Shown here: positions 9,894 to 20,348 of the stretch, piece by piece | Layout: each line of letters starts with the position of its first letter | Position numbering within the stretch: the stretch's first letter is position 1 | Assembly (NCBI GenBank): GCA_963555985.3 | Contig: OY820591.1 | Location: 1,696,001-1,760,000 of the forward strand | Origin: Dehalococcoidia bacterium | GTDB taxonomy: Bacteria; Chloroflexota; Dehalococcoidia; Bin125 | Direction: 5' to 3' | Length of the DNA: 64,000 bases | Notes under the pieces: generated by a model | Database searches by the model: none | Seen by the model: the letters and a program-made list of their open reading frames with translations, nothing else | What the model was told of the DNA's origin: nothing | Made by a program: the position numbers and the translations under genes

Positions 9894-11498
9894 ATGCGCA
9901 TCATCACCTCGTACGCCTGCACGCTTGACGTGGAGACCAGTGAGGAAGCTGTCTGGCGATTCAACCTCTACCGAGGCGTGATGGATGATTGGCTGCGCGA
10001 TCAGGGAATCGGCGATCCGAGGGTAGACTCGCCAGCCGACACCTTCATCCAGCTGACGCGACGGGATGTATCGCACGAAGGAGCGGAAATCAACGGGTTC
10101 CTGCTCAAGGAGCCCATCCTCGAATCGAGCCATATCCTGCACACGCGATTCGATCTCGCATTCAGCGACCGGTCGCTCGCATTGTTCCTCCAATTCAGCG
10201 TCGAGCGCCTGACGAGCCGGATCGCGCCAGTCAGTTACCAGGTCAGCTGTCCGCGAGCCTTGCAGACCATTCTCGACGCAGGCAACTGGAAGTCAGGTCA
10301 GGCCCGCGTGCGGCCCCACTGCCGCCGGGCTTTTGGAACGGAGGCAGGGCACCAACTCAAAAATGAGATCTGGGATCCAAACCGTGCGCTGCCAATAGTC
10401 TTGATAGCCAATCTCGAAGCACCTGAATGGGCACCCGAATTTAACCATCCAGAGCCTTATCCAGAAGCCGAATGGCAGGTGTTTGCAGACGCTCTCGAAG
10501 CAGACATCGGCGCAGTCGCCCAAATCGTCGAAGTTGACTCCTTAGCCTCCCAATCGCTGGACCCAGACATGGAAGGGATACTCCTGTGGGTAGTCTGGCC
10601 TTTCGGCAGCGAGGGGTTCTTGCCCAACCGGCATCCTGCGTGGGCGCCGTTCGACTATTACTACGAAGTCGAAGAGGGCGACTACAACTACGACATCCAC
10701 TATGGCGGCTCAGGAATGACTCACCGCGAGTGGACCACCCTCTTCCGTCGGCATGAGTTGATGGGGCTGAGACCAACGATACGGAACACGATTTACGAAC
10801 AGGCAGCCTTACAGCCCATTCCTGGGCTGATCGAGGATATTCGAAGAGCCTACGAACAGGCGGAACGCAAACGCCTTGCCGACACTGGTGATTGGGAACA
10901 GATGGCTCAAAGCTATGAGCGTGACGTGGCTCGCGAACGGGAACGAGCCGACTATGCGGAAGAAAGAAGAGACGAGCTCGAACGAAAGTTGGACGAAGAG
11001 AGGCGCAGGAACGGCGAATTGCAACGCACGCTCGACCGGCGGGGCGCGCGTTCGGCATCATCCGCCGCGACTCTCACTCCTACAGCAACCACCGAACCTG
11101 ATACGGTCGTTAGCGCTTTGCACCGTGCAACGCAAACGTGTCAACACTTGGTATTCGGCAAGGACGTTTGGAATTCTGCGAACGAGATCGAGTCCGAACC
11201 GGCGTTGGCAAAGAAGGTGCTCACGGCTCTCCAAGCGTTGAACGAAGGAACTGAATCGGCTGCGCAGGGAACGCTCGGCACCGCGCTAGCGAGCTGGATC
11301 TACGAACGGCACGCGATCGAATCCTCCTCCGAGCACGAGCCTCAGACATTCAAAGATGAACAGGGCAAAGCGCGGAAGTTCTCCATGCATCTCAAACTCA
11401 AAGAGGCTACCGCCGCCAACAAAGCAGCGCGGATCTACTATGACCACCTGTCCGACGAAGGGAAGACGCTTGTCGGATACATCGGTCCACATCTCTAG
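9894..11498 (+). CDS. Hypothetical protein with coiled coil and C-terminal RelE-like domain
   Basis: Long ORF of lower GC; charged heptad region; ends HLKL...RIYYDH...LVGYIGPHL. Confidence 0.65.
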   Translation: MRIITSYACTLDVETSEEAVWRFNLYRGVMDDWLRDQGIGDPRVDSPADTFIQLTRRDVSHEGAEINGFLLKEPILESSHILHTRFDLAFSDRSLALFLQFSVERLTSRIAPVSYQVSCPRALQTILDAGNWKSGQARVRPHCRRAFGTEAGHQLKNEIWDPNRALPIVLIANLEAPEWAPEFNHPEPYPEAEWQVFADALEADIGAVAQIVEVDSLASQSLDPDMEGILLWVVWPFGSEGFLPNRHPAWAPFDYYYEVEEGDYNYDIHYGGSGMTHREWTTLFRRHELMGLRPTIRNTIYEQAALQPIPGLIEDIRRAYEQAERKRLADTGDWEQMAQSYERDVARERERADYAEERRDELERKLDEERRRNGELQRTLDRRGARSASSAATLTPTATTEPDTVVSALHRATQTCQHLVFGKDVWNSANEIESEPALAKKVLTALQALNEGTESAAQGTLGTALASWIYERHAIESSSEHEPQTFKDEQGKARKFSMHLKLKEATAANKAARIYYDHLSDEGKTLVGYIGPHL

Positions 11499-12081
11499 CC
11501 GTGAGCTCAATCCATTGCCCTGGACTGAGACCGGAGAACAGACATGGCGTTCAGGAAGACTCACGACGAACCGAGCCTCACGCTCAAGGCCGAAGAATGG
11601 CGCGTCCGTCATTCCAGGCTCAGCCTGGAATCTCGCCCCATGTCCCCGGCTTGCCCTCCGACGGACAACGAAGTACACTTGTGCTTATCCATCGCCAGAG
11701 CCGGATCAATCCCATGCTCGCGCACCCTGTCCCGCCCGCCAACGACCACTCCCGACACCAACGAACCAGGCCCGAACGACGCCGACCAGACCTGTACGGT
11801 ACCGAACAAAATCGACCAAATCCGAACGAAATCGAACACCCAAACTTTCCAGGACTAACCACCGCCTACCACCCGGATCTCACGATCTCCCGTAAAACAC
11901 TGGGTTTCCTCCACCAACTCGCTCGGAAAAAAATTCGGCCTCCACTCAGCGCGCGCCGAAACATCTCCCCTCCGAACAACGCCCTCCGACAAGCTCGACA
12001 CATCTGCGACGACAGCCTAGAACGCGGCGAGATACTCGCGACAAGCGCGAGTATGACGGAGTGGGTGTGAGTGAGTCCGGC

Positions 12082-12888
12082 CTAACTACGATGCCTTAGC
12101 CGCGCAACGAGCACTGGTGGAATGTGGGGGATGTCGGCCCACTGTAGGCGGGGCTTCCGGTCTGGGTCTGGCCCGTCGGCCATTGACGGCTCACGAATGC
12201 CGTCAATGGCCCAGCCGTGTTCGAATGCGGCGCTGAACAGTTCGGACAGGGTGCGGTCGAAGTAGGGCTGCTGTTGGGGTTGCCCGACCACGGCCACGCC
12301 GTAGTTGACGCCCAGGTTGAGGTAGCGCGAGATCCGCACGCCCGACTCTTCGATGAAGTCGCCGTCGGGCGTCTCGATCCGCTCGCGGAAGAGTCTGACG
12401 TTGGTTCCCGGAGCCCAGGCGGGGTGGAGCACGGAGAAGACGAACGGCGCATCGGGCGTGAGCAGTCGCGGCAGGGTGGCGAAGAGCGGTGAGAGTTCGG
12501 CGATGTCCATCAGCGCCATGTTGCAGACGGCCGCATCGAACGGCGCGCCCGGAATTGCGGTCAGCTGAGCGGAGTCGGTCACGTCCACCTGGCGCCAGGT
12601 GATCTGGTCTGCGTGCGAGCGTCGTTGCGCGAGTTCGAGCAGCTCGGGGGCGGCGTCGGTTGCGGTGACGCTCATTCCCAGCGCAGCGGCTGCGCGGGCG
12701 AAGTTGCCGTTGCCGCAGGCCAGTTCGAGCAGCTTCGCAGGGCGCGGCTCGAGCAGCTCGAGCGTGGACGGAAACACCAGCGTGCGCTGCCAGTGGTTGC
12801 CGTGATCGCCCTGGACCTCGTCCCAGAATTCGGCGTTGGTTCGCCAAGCGTGGATCGAGTCGGCGTTGTGCTCGGGGAAATCGCTCAT
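12082..12888 (-). CDS. Class I SAM-dependent methyltransferase
   Basis: LLELACGNG motif I; FDAAVCNMALMDI. Confidence 0.9.
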   Translation of the reverse strand: MSDFPEHNADSIHAWRTNAEFWDEVQGDHGNHWQRTLVFPSTLELLEPRPAKLLELACGNGNFARAAAALGMSVTATDAAPELLELAQRRSHADQITWRQVDVTDSAQLTAIPGAPFDAAVCNMALMDIAELSPLFATLPRLLTPDAPFVFSVLHPAWAPGTNVRLFRERIETPDGDFIEESGVRISRYLNLGVNYGVAVVGQPQQQPYFDRTLSELFSAAFEHGWAIDGIREPSMADGPDPDRKPRLQWADIPHIPPVLVARLRHRS

Positions 12889-12946
12889 GTCGTTTGTCGC
12901 ATCTTTCGTAGGGGGAAGGGCTGTGGCCGGGCGGACTGTTTAGCGT

Positions 12947-15847
12947 ATGCCGGTGGAGTTGCCCATGACAGCCAATGACTTGGGAGCGGACTATCGAAAC
13001 GCTGCCGCCTCGGTTGCGGGGGTGCGCCGTTGGCTCAACCGACTCGGTGGCGGGTTCACGCGGGTCGCCGTGAGCGGTGAGACGGTGCGGTTCGAGAGTG
13101 GGATCGAGGGAGTGTCTGAGGTCGAGCTTGGGAGCATTGATGCAGTGGGACAGGAGCGCGGATGGTTGGGGACGCGATTTTGGATCGACGTTGCCGGCGG
13201 GCGGACGATTTCGGTTGGCGGTCTTGGGGCCGATGAGGTTGCGGAACTGATTGAGGCGATCGAGGGCAATGTTGCAGTGTCGGCGCGGCGGTTCGAGGCT
13301 TGGATTGGTGAACAGACTGCCGAAGTTGAGGGTTGGTTTCCTCAGGATGCCTATCTGCGGTACTCGGCGACGGAACCGCTGCGGGCAGGTTTGGAGTCTG
13401 TCGCCTCTCGCTTGTCCCGATATTCGGGGGCGCTGGTGTTGAGGAAGCTGTCGCCAGCGGCGCGGAACGCGCGTGAGCGGCTGGCTGATTTGTGCTCGGA
13501 CGACGGTTTCGAGCGAGCGCGGACATCGGCGAACGACCGTTATGTGAGCAGGGTGTCCGAGCGTGCCGCTGCGTCGATGCAGGCCGTGAGCGGCTTCGCG
13601 CCAATCGCCGAACAGGCAGAGGCTGTCGCCACGGACGAGGATGCGACGCTGGTGCTGGCGGGCGCGGGTACCGGCAAGACAGCGGTGATCACGGGCAAAG
13701 TTGCGCATCTTGTGGACGATCTTGGGGTTCCTGCCGAGGAGATCCTGGTGCTCGCGTTCAACCGCAAGGCGGCGAACGAGATTCGAGTGCGCCTCGGGGG
13801 GCGCTTGGCGGGCGTGGATGTGGCGACGTTTCATGCCTTCGGGCGGCACATTGTGGCAACGAGCGAAGTCGCCCCGTCGCTCTCGCGCTTTGCGGAGGAC
13901 GAAGCCCAATTGCGACTGGAGATCGATCGCATCCTCGTCGATCTAGTCAACGATCCGGAACAGGGCATGGAGTTGCGGACGTTCGTGCTCTACAACCTCG
14001 GCCAATACCGCGCTCCGCATGACTTCGATTCGCCGTCGGACTACTTCGAGTATCTGCATCAAGTCGAGCTGCGCACGCTGAACGGCGAACTGGTCAAGAG
14101 TCTGGAGGAACTCAAGCTCGCGAACTTCCTGGCAGTGAGCGGCATTCCCTACGAATACGAAGCCACATATCCGGTTGCGACCGCTACGCGCGCGCATCGG
14201 CAGTACAAACCGGATTTCTATCTGCCTGATCACGATCTCTACATCGAGCACTTCGGGGTGAATCGGCAAGGCGAGCCGCCGCCGCAGTGGAGCGATGCAG
14301 AGCGATCCGAGTATCGGCGCGGGATCGAGTGGAAGCGGGAGCTTCACGCCGAATACGGGACGCGCTTGATCGAGACCTACAGCTGGCAGCATCGGGAAGG
14401 GGTCTGGCAGCACACGCTGAAAGCGCGGCTTGAGCACGAAGGGGTCGGCATGTCTCAGCAGACCCCGAGGCAACTGACTCAGCGCCTACAAGAACTGATG
14501 ACAACCTCGCAATTGAGCCGGTTGCTGGTCTCGTTTCTGCGCCACGTCAAGTCGGGGGATCAGCAGCTGCCGGAGCTGCGCGCTCGCGCCGCGAAGTCGC
14601 CTGATCCGGAACGCAGCGCCGCATTTCTGGACGTGTTTGAGCAGATCAAGCGCGAGTATGAAGACACGCTCGCAGGGGAGTCCGACTTCGACGATCTGAT
14701 CAACCGCGCCGCTGAGCACGTTCGCGCCGGGCGTTGGAGCGTTCCCTATCGCTATGCGCTCGTGGATGAATTTCAGGACATCTCGCGTGGACGGATGCAA
14801 CTGCTAGCCGCGTTGCGGCGGCCGGGACTCGCGTACTTCCTGGTCGGCGACGACTGGCAGTCGATCTATCGGTTTGCGGGCAGCGATGTCTGGCTCTTGC
14901 GAGAGTGCCAGGAGTGGTTGGGGCACGTGCGCGAACGCTCGCTGAGCCAGACGTTTCGCTTCGGGCGCGGGATCTTGCAACCATCGAGCGCGTTCGTGCA
15001 GCGCAATCCGGCGCAGACGGCGCGCAGCTTGCGACCCGCCGAGCGAACGCCGGATTATGGCATCACCGTGATCTGGGCGACTGATGCGCGTGCCGGGATG
15101 GCGCAGTCGCTGGCCGATCTTGATGCGATTGGAGCCGAGACCGAGGCAACAGTAATGGCATTGACGCGGTATCGGAGGCGCGGACAGGCCGACGCTGCTG
15201 GCCGGCGCAAGGTTGAATTCAGCACGGTTCATGCGGCGAAAGGCCGCGAAGCGGACTATGTGCTGGTGTTCGATCTGGTTGACGTCCGGCGCGGCTTTCC
15301 TTCGCAGATGGAGGACGACCCACTATTGGATCTCGTCGCCCCGCCGGACGAGCCGTTCGCGTTCGCGGAGGAGCGGCGGCTCTTCTATGTAGCGCTCACG
15401 CGGGCGCGGCACGGGGTATATCTGATCGCGGATCCAACCCATCCGTCGCGATTCGTCACCGAGCTTCTTGAACAATCCGGCAATGCGATCCGGGTGATTG
15501 GGGACGCTGAGGCGATCGCGTCGGTTGAGGCTCCGCAGTGTCCCCGCTGCGGCGGGGGGCGCATGATCCGTTCGCAGAGCGGGCGCACTCTGCGCTGTAC
15601 GAACTATCCGCAGTGCGACCAGTTGGCTCCCTCCTGCGCGTGCGGAAACGGATATCTGATCGTGAATTCCGACGGCAACACGCGATGCACTGAAGCCGAT
15701 TGCAACCGGCGGCCGCGAAACTGTCCGGGATGCGGCTTTGGGGTGCTGCTGGAACGCGACGGGATCTACGGGCCGTTCTGGGGATGTTCGCGCTTTACCT
15801 CCGATCCGCCGTGCGGCTATACGCAAAACCGCTCTCCCCGCTCGTGA
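12947..15847 (+). CDS. UvrD/Rep superfamily helicase (DNA helicase IV-like) with internal nuclease-like domain and C-terminal Zn ribbons
   Basis: LAGAGTGKT (Walker A), LVDEFQD, VGDDWQSIYRFAGS, STVHAAKGREAD, EERRLFYVALTRAR; C-terminal CPRC...C and CPGC...GPFWGCS. Confidence 0.9.
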   Translation: MPVELPMTANDLGADYRNAAASVAGVRRWLNRLGGGFTRVAVSGETVRFESGIEGVSEVELGSIDAVGQERGWLGTRFWIDVAGGRTISVGGLGADEVAELIEAIEGNVAVSARRFEAWIGEQTAEVEGWFPQDAYLRYSATEPLRAGLESVASRLSRYSGALVLRKLSPAARNARERLADLCSDDGFERARTSANDRYVSRVSERAAASMQAVSGFAPIAEQAEAVATDEDATLVLAGAGTGKTAVITGKVAHLVDDLGVPAEEILVLAFNRKAANEIRVRLGGRLAGVDVATFHAFGRHIVATSEVAPSLSRFAEDEAQLRLEIDRILVDLVNDPEQGMELRTFVLYNLGQYRAPHDFDSPSDYFEYLHQVELRTLNGELVKSLEELKLANFLAVSGIPYEYEATYPVATATRAHRQYKPDFYLPDHDLYIEHFGVNRQGEPPPQWSDAERSEYRRGIEWKRELHAEYGTRLIETYSWQHREGVWQHTLKARLEHEGVGMSQQTPRQLTQRLQELMTTSQLSRLLVSFLRHVKSGDQQLPELRARAAKSPDPERSAAFLDVFEQIKREYEDTLAGESDFDDLINRAAEHVRAGRWSVPYRYALVDEFQDISRGRMQLLAALRRPGLAYFLVGDDWQSIYRFAGSDVWLLRECQEWLGHVRERSLSQTFRFGRGILQPSSAFVQRNPAQTARSLRPAERTPDYGITVIWATDARAGMAQSLADLDAIGAETEATVMALTRYRRRGQADAAGRRKVEFSTVHAAKGREADYVLVFDLVDVRRGFPSQMEDDPLLDLVAPPDEPFAFAEERRLFYVALTRARHGVYLIADPTHPSRFVTELLEQSGNAIRVIGDAEAIASVEAPQCPRCGGGRMIRSQSGRTLRCTNYPQCDQLAPSCACGNGYLIVNSDGNTRCTEADCNRRPRNCPGCGFGVLLERDGIYGPFWGCSRFTSDPPCGYTQNRSPRS

Positions 15848-15898
15848 CTGGCTCGCATACCCTGAACGGCGTGCGACGGAGATGCAGGGAGAGATTTG

Positions 15899-16861
15899 AT
15901 GACTGCTCCACTTCCGGTGATCGTGCAGGGACTTGGCCCGATCGGACTGCGGATTGCGAAGGCGGCGCTTGGCGACTCCTTCCTTGAATTGGTAGGCGCG
16001 GTCGAGATCAACCCAGAGATGGCGGGTGAACCGCTGAGCAAGTTTGTCGATGGCGCCCCGGACGAGATCGTGATTCGGCGTTCGCTGGCGCAGGCTCGAG
16101 TGGACGCGCTGGCCGAAGGCGGCATTCTGCTGCATTGCACAGGGTCGTATCTCGACAGGGTGTCAACGCAGATCGAGGAGGCGCTACGCCAGGAGCTCCA
16201 CGTAGTGTCCACCTGCGAGGAGCTCTCGTTCGCGCACGCGCGGCACCCGGAGATCGCGGCGGGGCTTGACGTGCTCGCACGCCGGGCGGATCGGACCGTG
16301 GTCGGAACCGGCGTCAATCCGGGTTTCTTGATGGATGCGCTGCCGGCCTCGCTGTCGTCGATCAGCTATGGGATTCGCTCGGTCTCGGTGAAGCGGGTGC
16401 AGGATCCGAGCCGCCGGCGCGTGCCGTTTCAGGAGAAGGTGGGGCTGGGGTTGTCGGTAGCTCAGTGGGAGGAGAAGCGAGACGCGGGCGGGTTCGGGCA
16501 TGTGGGGCTTGAGGAGAGCGCGCGGCTGCTGGCGTATGCGCTGGGTTGGAAACTGGTTGACTGGCGTCACGAGATGGTTCCCTGCGAAGCGCCCGGTCAG
16601 GAACTGGTGCAGGGAACGCTGGAGACGCTTGAGGGAAGCACGTTCGACGGGCAGACAGTGCGGCTCCACTTCGAGGCGAACGCGGCCGCAGGTGAGGAGT
16701 ACGACGAGATCGCGGTGGAGGGGACGCCGCCGTTGCGATTGCGGTTTGAGGGCGGGGTCTTCGGCGACGACGCAACTGCGGCGTCGGTGTTGCGCGCAGC
16801 GCGGGTGATTCCACACACGCGCCGGGGGTTGGCGACCGTGCTGGATCTGCCGTTGCGGTAG
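15899..16861 (+). CDS. Dihydrodipicolinate reductase-like / 2,4-diaminopentanoate dehydrogenase-like oxidoreductase
   Basis: GLGPIG Rossmann motif, VVSTCEEL, GTGVNPGFLMD. Confidence 0.8.
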   Translation: MTAPLPVIVQGLGPIGLRIAKAALGDSFLELVGAVEINPEMAGEPLSKFVDGAPDEIVIRRSLAQARVDALAEGGILLHCTGSYLDRVSTQIEEALRQELHVVSTCEELSFAHARHPEIAAGLDVLARRADRTVVGTGVNPGFLMDALPASLSSISYGIRSVSVKRVQDPSRRRVPFQEKVGLGLSVAQWEEKRDAGGFGHVGLEESARLLAYALGWKLVDWRHEMVPCEAPGQELVQGTLETLEGSTFDGQTVRLHFEANAAAGEEYDEIAVEGTPPLRLRFEGGVFGDDATAASVLRAARVIPHTRRGLATVLDLPLR

Positions 16862-16887
16862 ACGCGGGCGCGGGAGCGGAGTTTGCC

Positions 16888-16939
16888 GGACCCCCCTCTG
16901 TCACTTCGTGACATCTCCCCCCGCGGTGCGGGGGGAGAG
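16888..16939. repeat. REP-like intergenic repeat, copy 1
   Basis: GGACCCCCCTCTGTCACTTCGTGACATCTCCCCCCGC...GCGGGGGGAG double hairpin; near-identical to 37868-37918. Confidence 0.85.
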
Positions 16940-17034
16940 AGTATCAGCGAGCTTCCGAAGAGAGGGGTGAACAACGCTTGTATCATGCAGGCCGCAGGCA
17001 GACGATTCCGCATCGCGGAGTGGAGGATGCGATC

Positions 17035-17547
17035 ATGGAGTTTGACGACCGAGAGTTCCGCGACATGCTGGGGCAGTTCCCCAGCGGCGTGACCGTGATC
17101 ACGACGGGTACCGAACCGAATTTCGTGGGCATGACGGCGCAGTCGTTTTCTTCGCTCTCACTCGATCCGCCCCTGGTGCTCGTCTGTGTCGACAAGAGCG
17201 CGAGTGTGCTGCCGCTGCTCAAGGAGACGGGCGCGTACACGGTGAACATCCTGCCCGACACGGAGATGAACACCTCCAACTTCTTCGCATCGAGCAAGCG
17301 CCCGGCGCCGCCGCATCAGTTCGATGACCACCCGCACGAACTCGGCGAGACCGGACAACCGCGTCTGGCTTGCGCGACGACCGTGTTCGACTGCGACATC
17401 TACGCAGTGCTGGACGGCGGCGATCACGAGATCATCGTGGGCGAGGTGAAGGCGTTCGCGCAGCAGAGCGAGGATGCGGAACCGATCATCTTCTACGGCG
17501 GCCAGTACCGAAAGCTTGGCCCGCCCGATCCGTCGATGAGCTGGTAG
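17035..17547 (+). CDS. Flavin reductase family protein
   Basis: FRDMLGQFPSGVTVIT, SLSLDPPLVLVC, GGDHEIIVGEV; GGAGG RBS upstream. Confidence 0.92.
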   Translation: MEFDDREFRDMLGQFPSGVTVITTGTEPNFVGMTAQSFSSLSLDPPLVLVCVDKSASVLPLLKETGAYTVNILPDTEMNTSNFFASSKRPAPPHQFDDHPHELGETGQPRLACATTVFDCDIYAVLDGGDHEIIVGEVKAFAQQSEDAEPIIFYGGQYRKLGPPDPSMSW

Positions 17548-17552
17548 GAGCG

Positions 17553-18095
17553 ATGGACGAAGGTTCGCTGCTGGCGACGGAGCCACCGCTTCCGGCAGAC
17601 GATTTCGCGCCGGCGATCTGGGTGCCGTTGACGCGAGCGCTGCGCGCGCGCCGACGCCTGGTGACGATGGTGGACGCACTCCCAACGGATCTGTGGTCTA
17701 CGCCCAGCCGCGCGCCGGGCTGGTTGCGGCGGGATGTATTGGCGCACCTCGCCGCCTGTGATCGGCGCTATCACGACGTGTTGATCGCCGCGCTGAACGG
17801 ATCACCATTGCGGGAATGGTCGCCCGATCCGTCGTGGCCGAGCCCGGAGTTGGATCGAGCGAACACGCTTGGGCTGGAACGCTACGGCGACTTTTCGGCG
17901 GCGGAGCTCGCGGCGGAATTGCAAGCCGGAGCGGACAAGACCGTCAAGTTCCTCTCCGGCATGAGCGAAGAGCAAGTGTTGATGCGGATGGGTTTCGCGG
18001 CGAACGGGCTAGCGCTGCTGGAAGCCTGGACGACTCACGATCATCAGCACGCAGACGACGTGATCAACGGTCCGACGATGATGCGGGACTTCTGA
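17553..18095 (+). CDS. DinB / mycothiol maleylpyruvate isomerase N-terminal family protein
   Basis: PSRAPGW..RDVLAHLA and HDHQH metal-binding residues; AGGAG RBS. Confidence 0.75.
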   Translation: MDEGSLLATEPPLPADDFAPAIWVPLTRALRARRRLVTMVDALPTDLWSTPSRAPGWLRRDVLAHLAACDRRYHDVLIAALNGSPLREWSPDPSWPSPELDRANTLGLERYGDFSAAELAAELQAGADKTVKFLSGMSEEQVLMRMGFAANGLALLEAWTTHDHQHADDVINGPTMMRDF

Positions 18096-18104
18096 GCCGG
18101 GTGA

Positions 18105-18923
18105 CTACACCCGAGGCGCCCGGAGCAGCCGCTCGGTCGGTTCGGCTTCGACGCGGGCGATCATGGCGTCGACCAGTGCGTTGGCGAGCGAGTCCGCTCC
18201 TTGTTGCATGAGCATTTGCAAGAACGGCCGGCGAGAGCGGATCAGCGTCGTCCGCTTGGGGATACCGGCTTCTTCGGCTGCCCAGGCGACGGCGTCGTTG
18301 AGGTCGCCGAGTTCGTCGACCAGACCGAGTTCGTGCGCCTCTGCCCCAGTGTGGATTTCGCCTGAGGCGAGCTCGGCGACCTGGCCGCGATCGAGTTTGG
18401 GCCGGCCTTCTGCGACGATGTCGATGAAGCGTTGGTAGACCGAGTTGAGCAGCGCGTCAAGCTTGGCGTCCTCGGCGGGGGTGGCGTCGCGGAAGAGCGA
18501 GCCCATGTCTTTATGTTCACCGAGTGCGCGGGTTCGCATTTTGAGGCCGACTCGCTCAAGCAGCTCGGCGACCATCGGGGCCATCCAGATCACGCCAATT
18601 GAGCCGACGATCGAGGTGGGCAAGGCGTAGATGGGGTTGGCGGCGCAGGCGATCATGTAACCGCCCGACGCGCCCACGCCGCGAATGGCGGCGGCGACTG
18701 GCTTACGTTCGGCGAGTCGCTTGACGGTGAGATAGAGCGACTCCGAGGCGGCTGCGCCGCCGCCCGGAGAATCAATGTCGAGCACGACCGCGGGATAGCG
18801 GGGATTGTTGCGCAAACTGTTGAGCGTGCGGGCGAGGTCGCGCGGGTTGATCCGCGCGCCGATCTGTCCGGAGACTTCGACGACAGCGACGCGGGGCGGA
18901 AACAGATACTGATCGAGTTCCAT
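18105..18923 (-). CDS. sppA: Signal peptide peptidase SppA (S49)
   Basis: IDSPGG, ASGGYMIA, VGSIGV, GEHKD motifs. Confidence 0.9.
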   Translation of the reverse strand: MELDQYLFPPRVAVVEVSGQIGARINPRDLARTLNSLRNNPRYPAVVLDIDSPGGGAAASESLYLTVKRLAERKPVAAAIRGVGASGGYMIACAANPIYALPTSIVGSIGVIWMAPMVAELLERVGLKMRTRALGEHKDMGSLFRDATPAEDAKLDALLNSVYQRFIDIVAEGRPKLDRGQVAELASGEIHTGAEAHELGLVDELGDLNDAVAWAAEEAGIPKRTTLIRSRRPFLQMLMQQGADSLANALVDAMIARVEAEPTERLLRAPRV

Positions 18924-19106
18924 GAGTGCAGTCCTTCAAACATGGCGGAGACACGGCGGCACTCTGGTCAGTGTATGGGCGCAGCTCGTATCGGATGGCC
19001 AATTCACTCCGGTCTTGCGTTGACTCTGGGCGGATGCGGCGCGATGATCTGTCGCGGGGAATGCACGATCGCCCCGCCCAGCGAGCAGGATCGCGAGGAG
19101 GCCGCC

Positions 19107-19484
19107 GTGAGTGAGACCACTGTTTGCCCGCTGAGCGAGCTACCGCCGGGTTCGGTCACTGCGGCGGAGGTGGACGGCGTGCGGGTCTGTGTAGCGAACG
19201 TGCACGGCGAGGTGTTTGCGGTGCAGGACAAGTGCCCGCACCTGTTCGCGCCGCTCTCGGTGGGCGACCTGAAGGGCGCGCACATCGTCTGTCCCTGGCA
19301 CGACTCCGAGTTCGACATGCGCACGGGCAAGACGAAGAGCTGGCTGCCGACGGGTATGTGGAACGTGATTCACAAACTGTTGCCGACGCCGCCGCCGTTC
19401 ATCAAGAACAAGATCGAGCCCGAGTACATCCAGACGTACAAGACCCGCGTAGCCGACGGGACGGTCTACGTCTCGGACGAGTGA
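19107..19484 (+). CDS. Rieske [2Fe-2S] ferredoxin
   Basis: CPH...CPWH ligands; GAGGAGG RBS before the GTG. Confidence 0.9.
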   Translation: MSETTVCPLSELPPGSVTAAEVDGVRVCVANVHGEVFAVQDKCPHLFAPLSVGDLKGAHIVCPWHDSEFDMRTGKTKSWLPTGMWNVIHKLLPTPPPFIKNKIEPEYIQTYKTRVADGTVYVSDE

Positions 19485-19496
19485 GCGTTTGGACGA

Positions 19497-20318
19497 TCAG
19501 TCAGCGCGCGGTTGCTGGTAGATCCACCCGTTGACGGCGGTCATGCCTCCGTCGGCGACGATGCACTGTCCGGTGATGAAGGACGAGTCGTCGCAGGCGA
19601 GGAAGAGGGCGAGGCTGGCAATCTCTTCTGCCTCACCGCCGCGGCCCATTGGGGCCAGGTTCGCTTGACGTTCGCGCGTGGCTCGGAGATCTGCTTCGGT
19701 CTGCTCGGCATCACTGGGCAGTCCGAAGCGAGTGACGACCGCGCCCGGCACGATCACGTTGGCGCGAATGTTCAGGTGTGAGAGCTCGGCGGCAGCGGTG
19801 CGGGCGAGGGCATGGGCTCCGGCTTTGCCTGCGCAGTAGGCGGCAGCCCCGGGGACGCCGCTGATGCCGCCAATCGACGATGTGGAGATGATCGAACCGC
19901 CGCCGGCGCGCTCCATCAGGGGGATCGCGTACTTCATGCCCAGGAAGACGGCGCGCAGGTTGACGGCGATGAAGTCGTCGAAGATGTCGGCCGTCATATC
20001 GGCAATCGTGTGCGAGCCGCCGTCGCCTGGTCCTGCATTGTTGAACACGACGTGGAGTTCGCCCCACCGTTCTTCTGCGATATCGAAGGCGGCCTTGAGC
20101 TGTGATGCGTCTCGGACATCAGCGACAACGGGAACTGCCTGGTCGCCGATCTGGTCGGCAGCTTCCTGTAGGCGTTGCTGGTTGCGTCCAACCATGATGA
20201 CGTTGGCACCGTGTTCGGCGAAGAGTCGGGCTGACGCCATTCCCATGCCGGCGCTGGCTCCGACGATGATGGCGGTCTTGCCGTCGAGTTTGGGTTCGGC
20301 TGCGTGAGTGATTGGCAC
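19497..20318 (-). CDS. SDR family oxidoreductase
   Basis: GASAGMG, NNAG, YCAGK. Confidence 0.92.
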   Translation of the reverse strand: MPITHAAEPKLDGKTAIIVGASAGMGMASARLFAEHGANVIMVGRNQQRLQEAADQIGDQAVPVVADVRDASQLKAAFDIAEERWGELHVVFNNAGPGDGGSHTIADMTADIFDDFIAVNLRAVFLGMKYAIPLMERAGGGSIISTSSIGGISGVPGAAAYCAGKAGAHALARTAAAELSHLNIRANVIVPGAVVTRFGLPSDAEQTEADLRATRERQANLAPMGRGGEAEEIASLALFLACDDSSFITGQCIVADGGMTAVNGWIYQQPRAD

Positions 20319-20348
20319 CTGTGGTGAAGTCCTCTCAGAACTGTGCGA

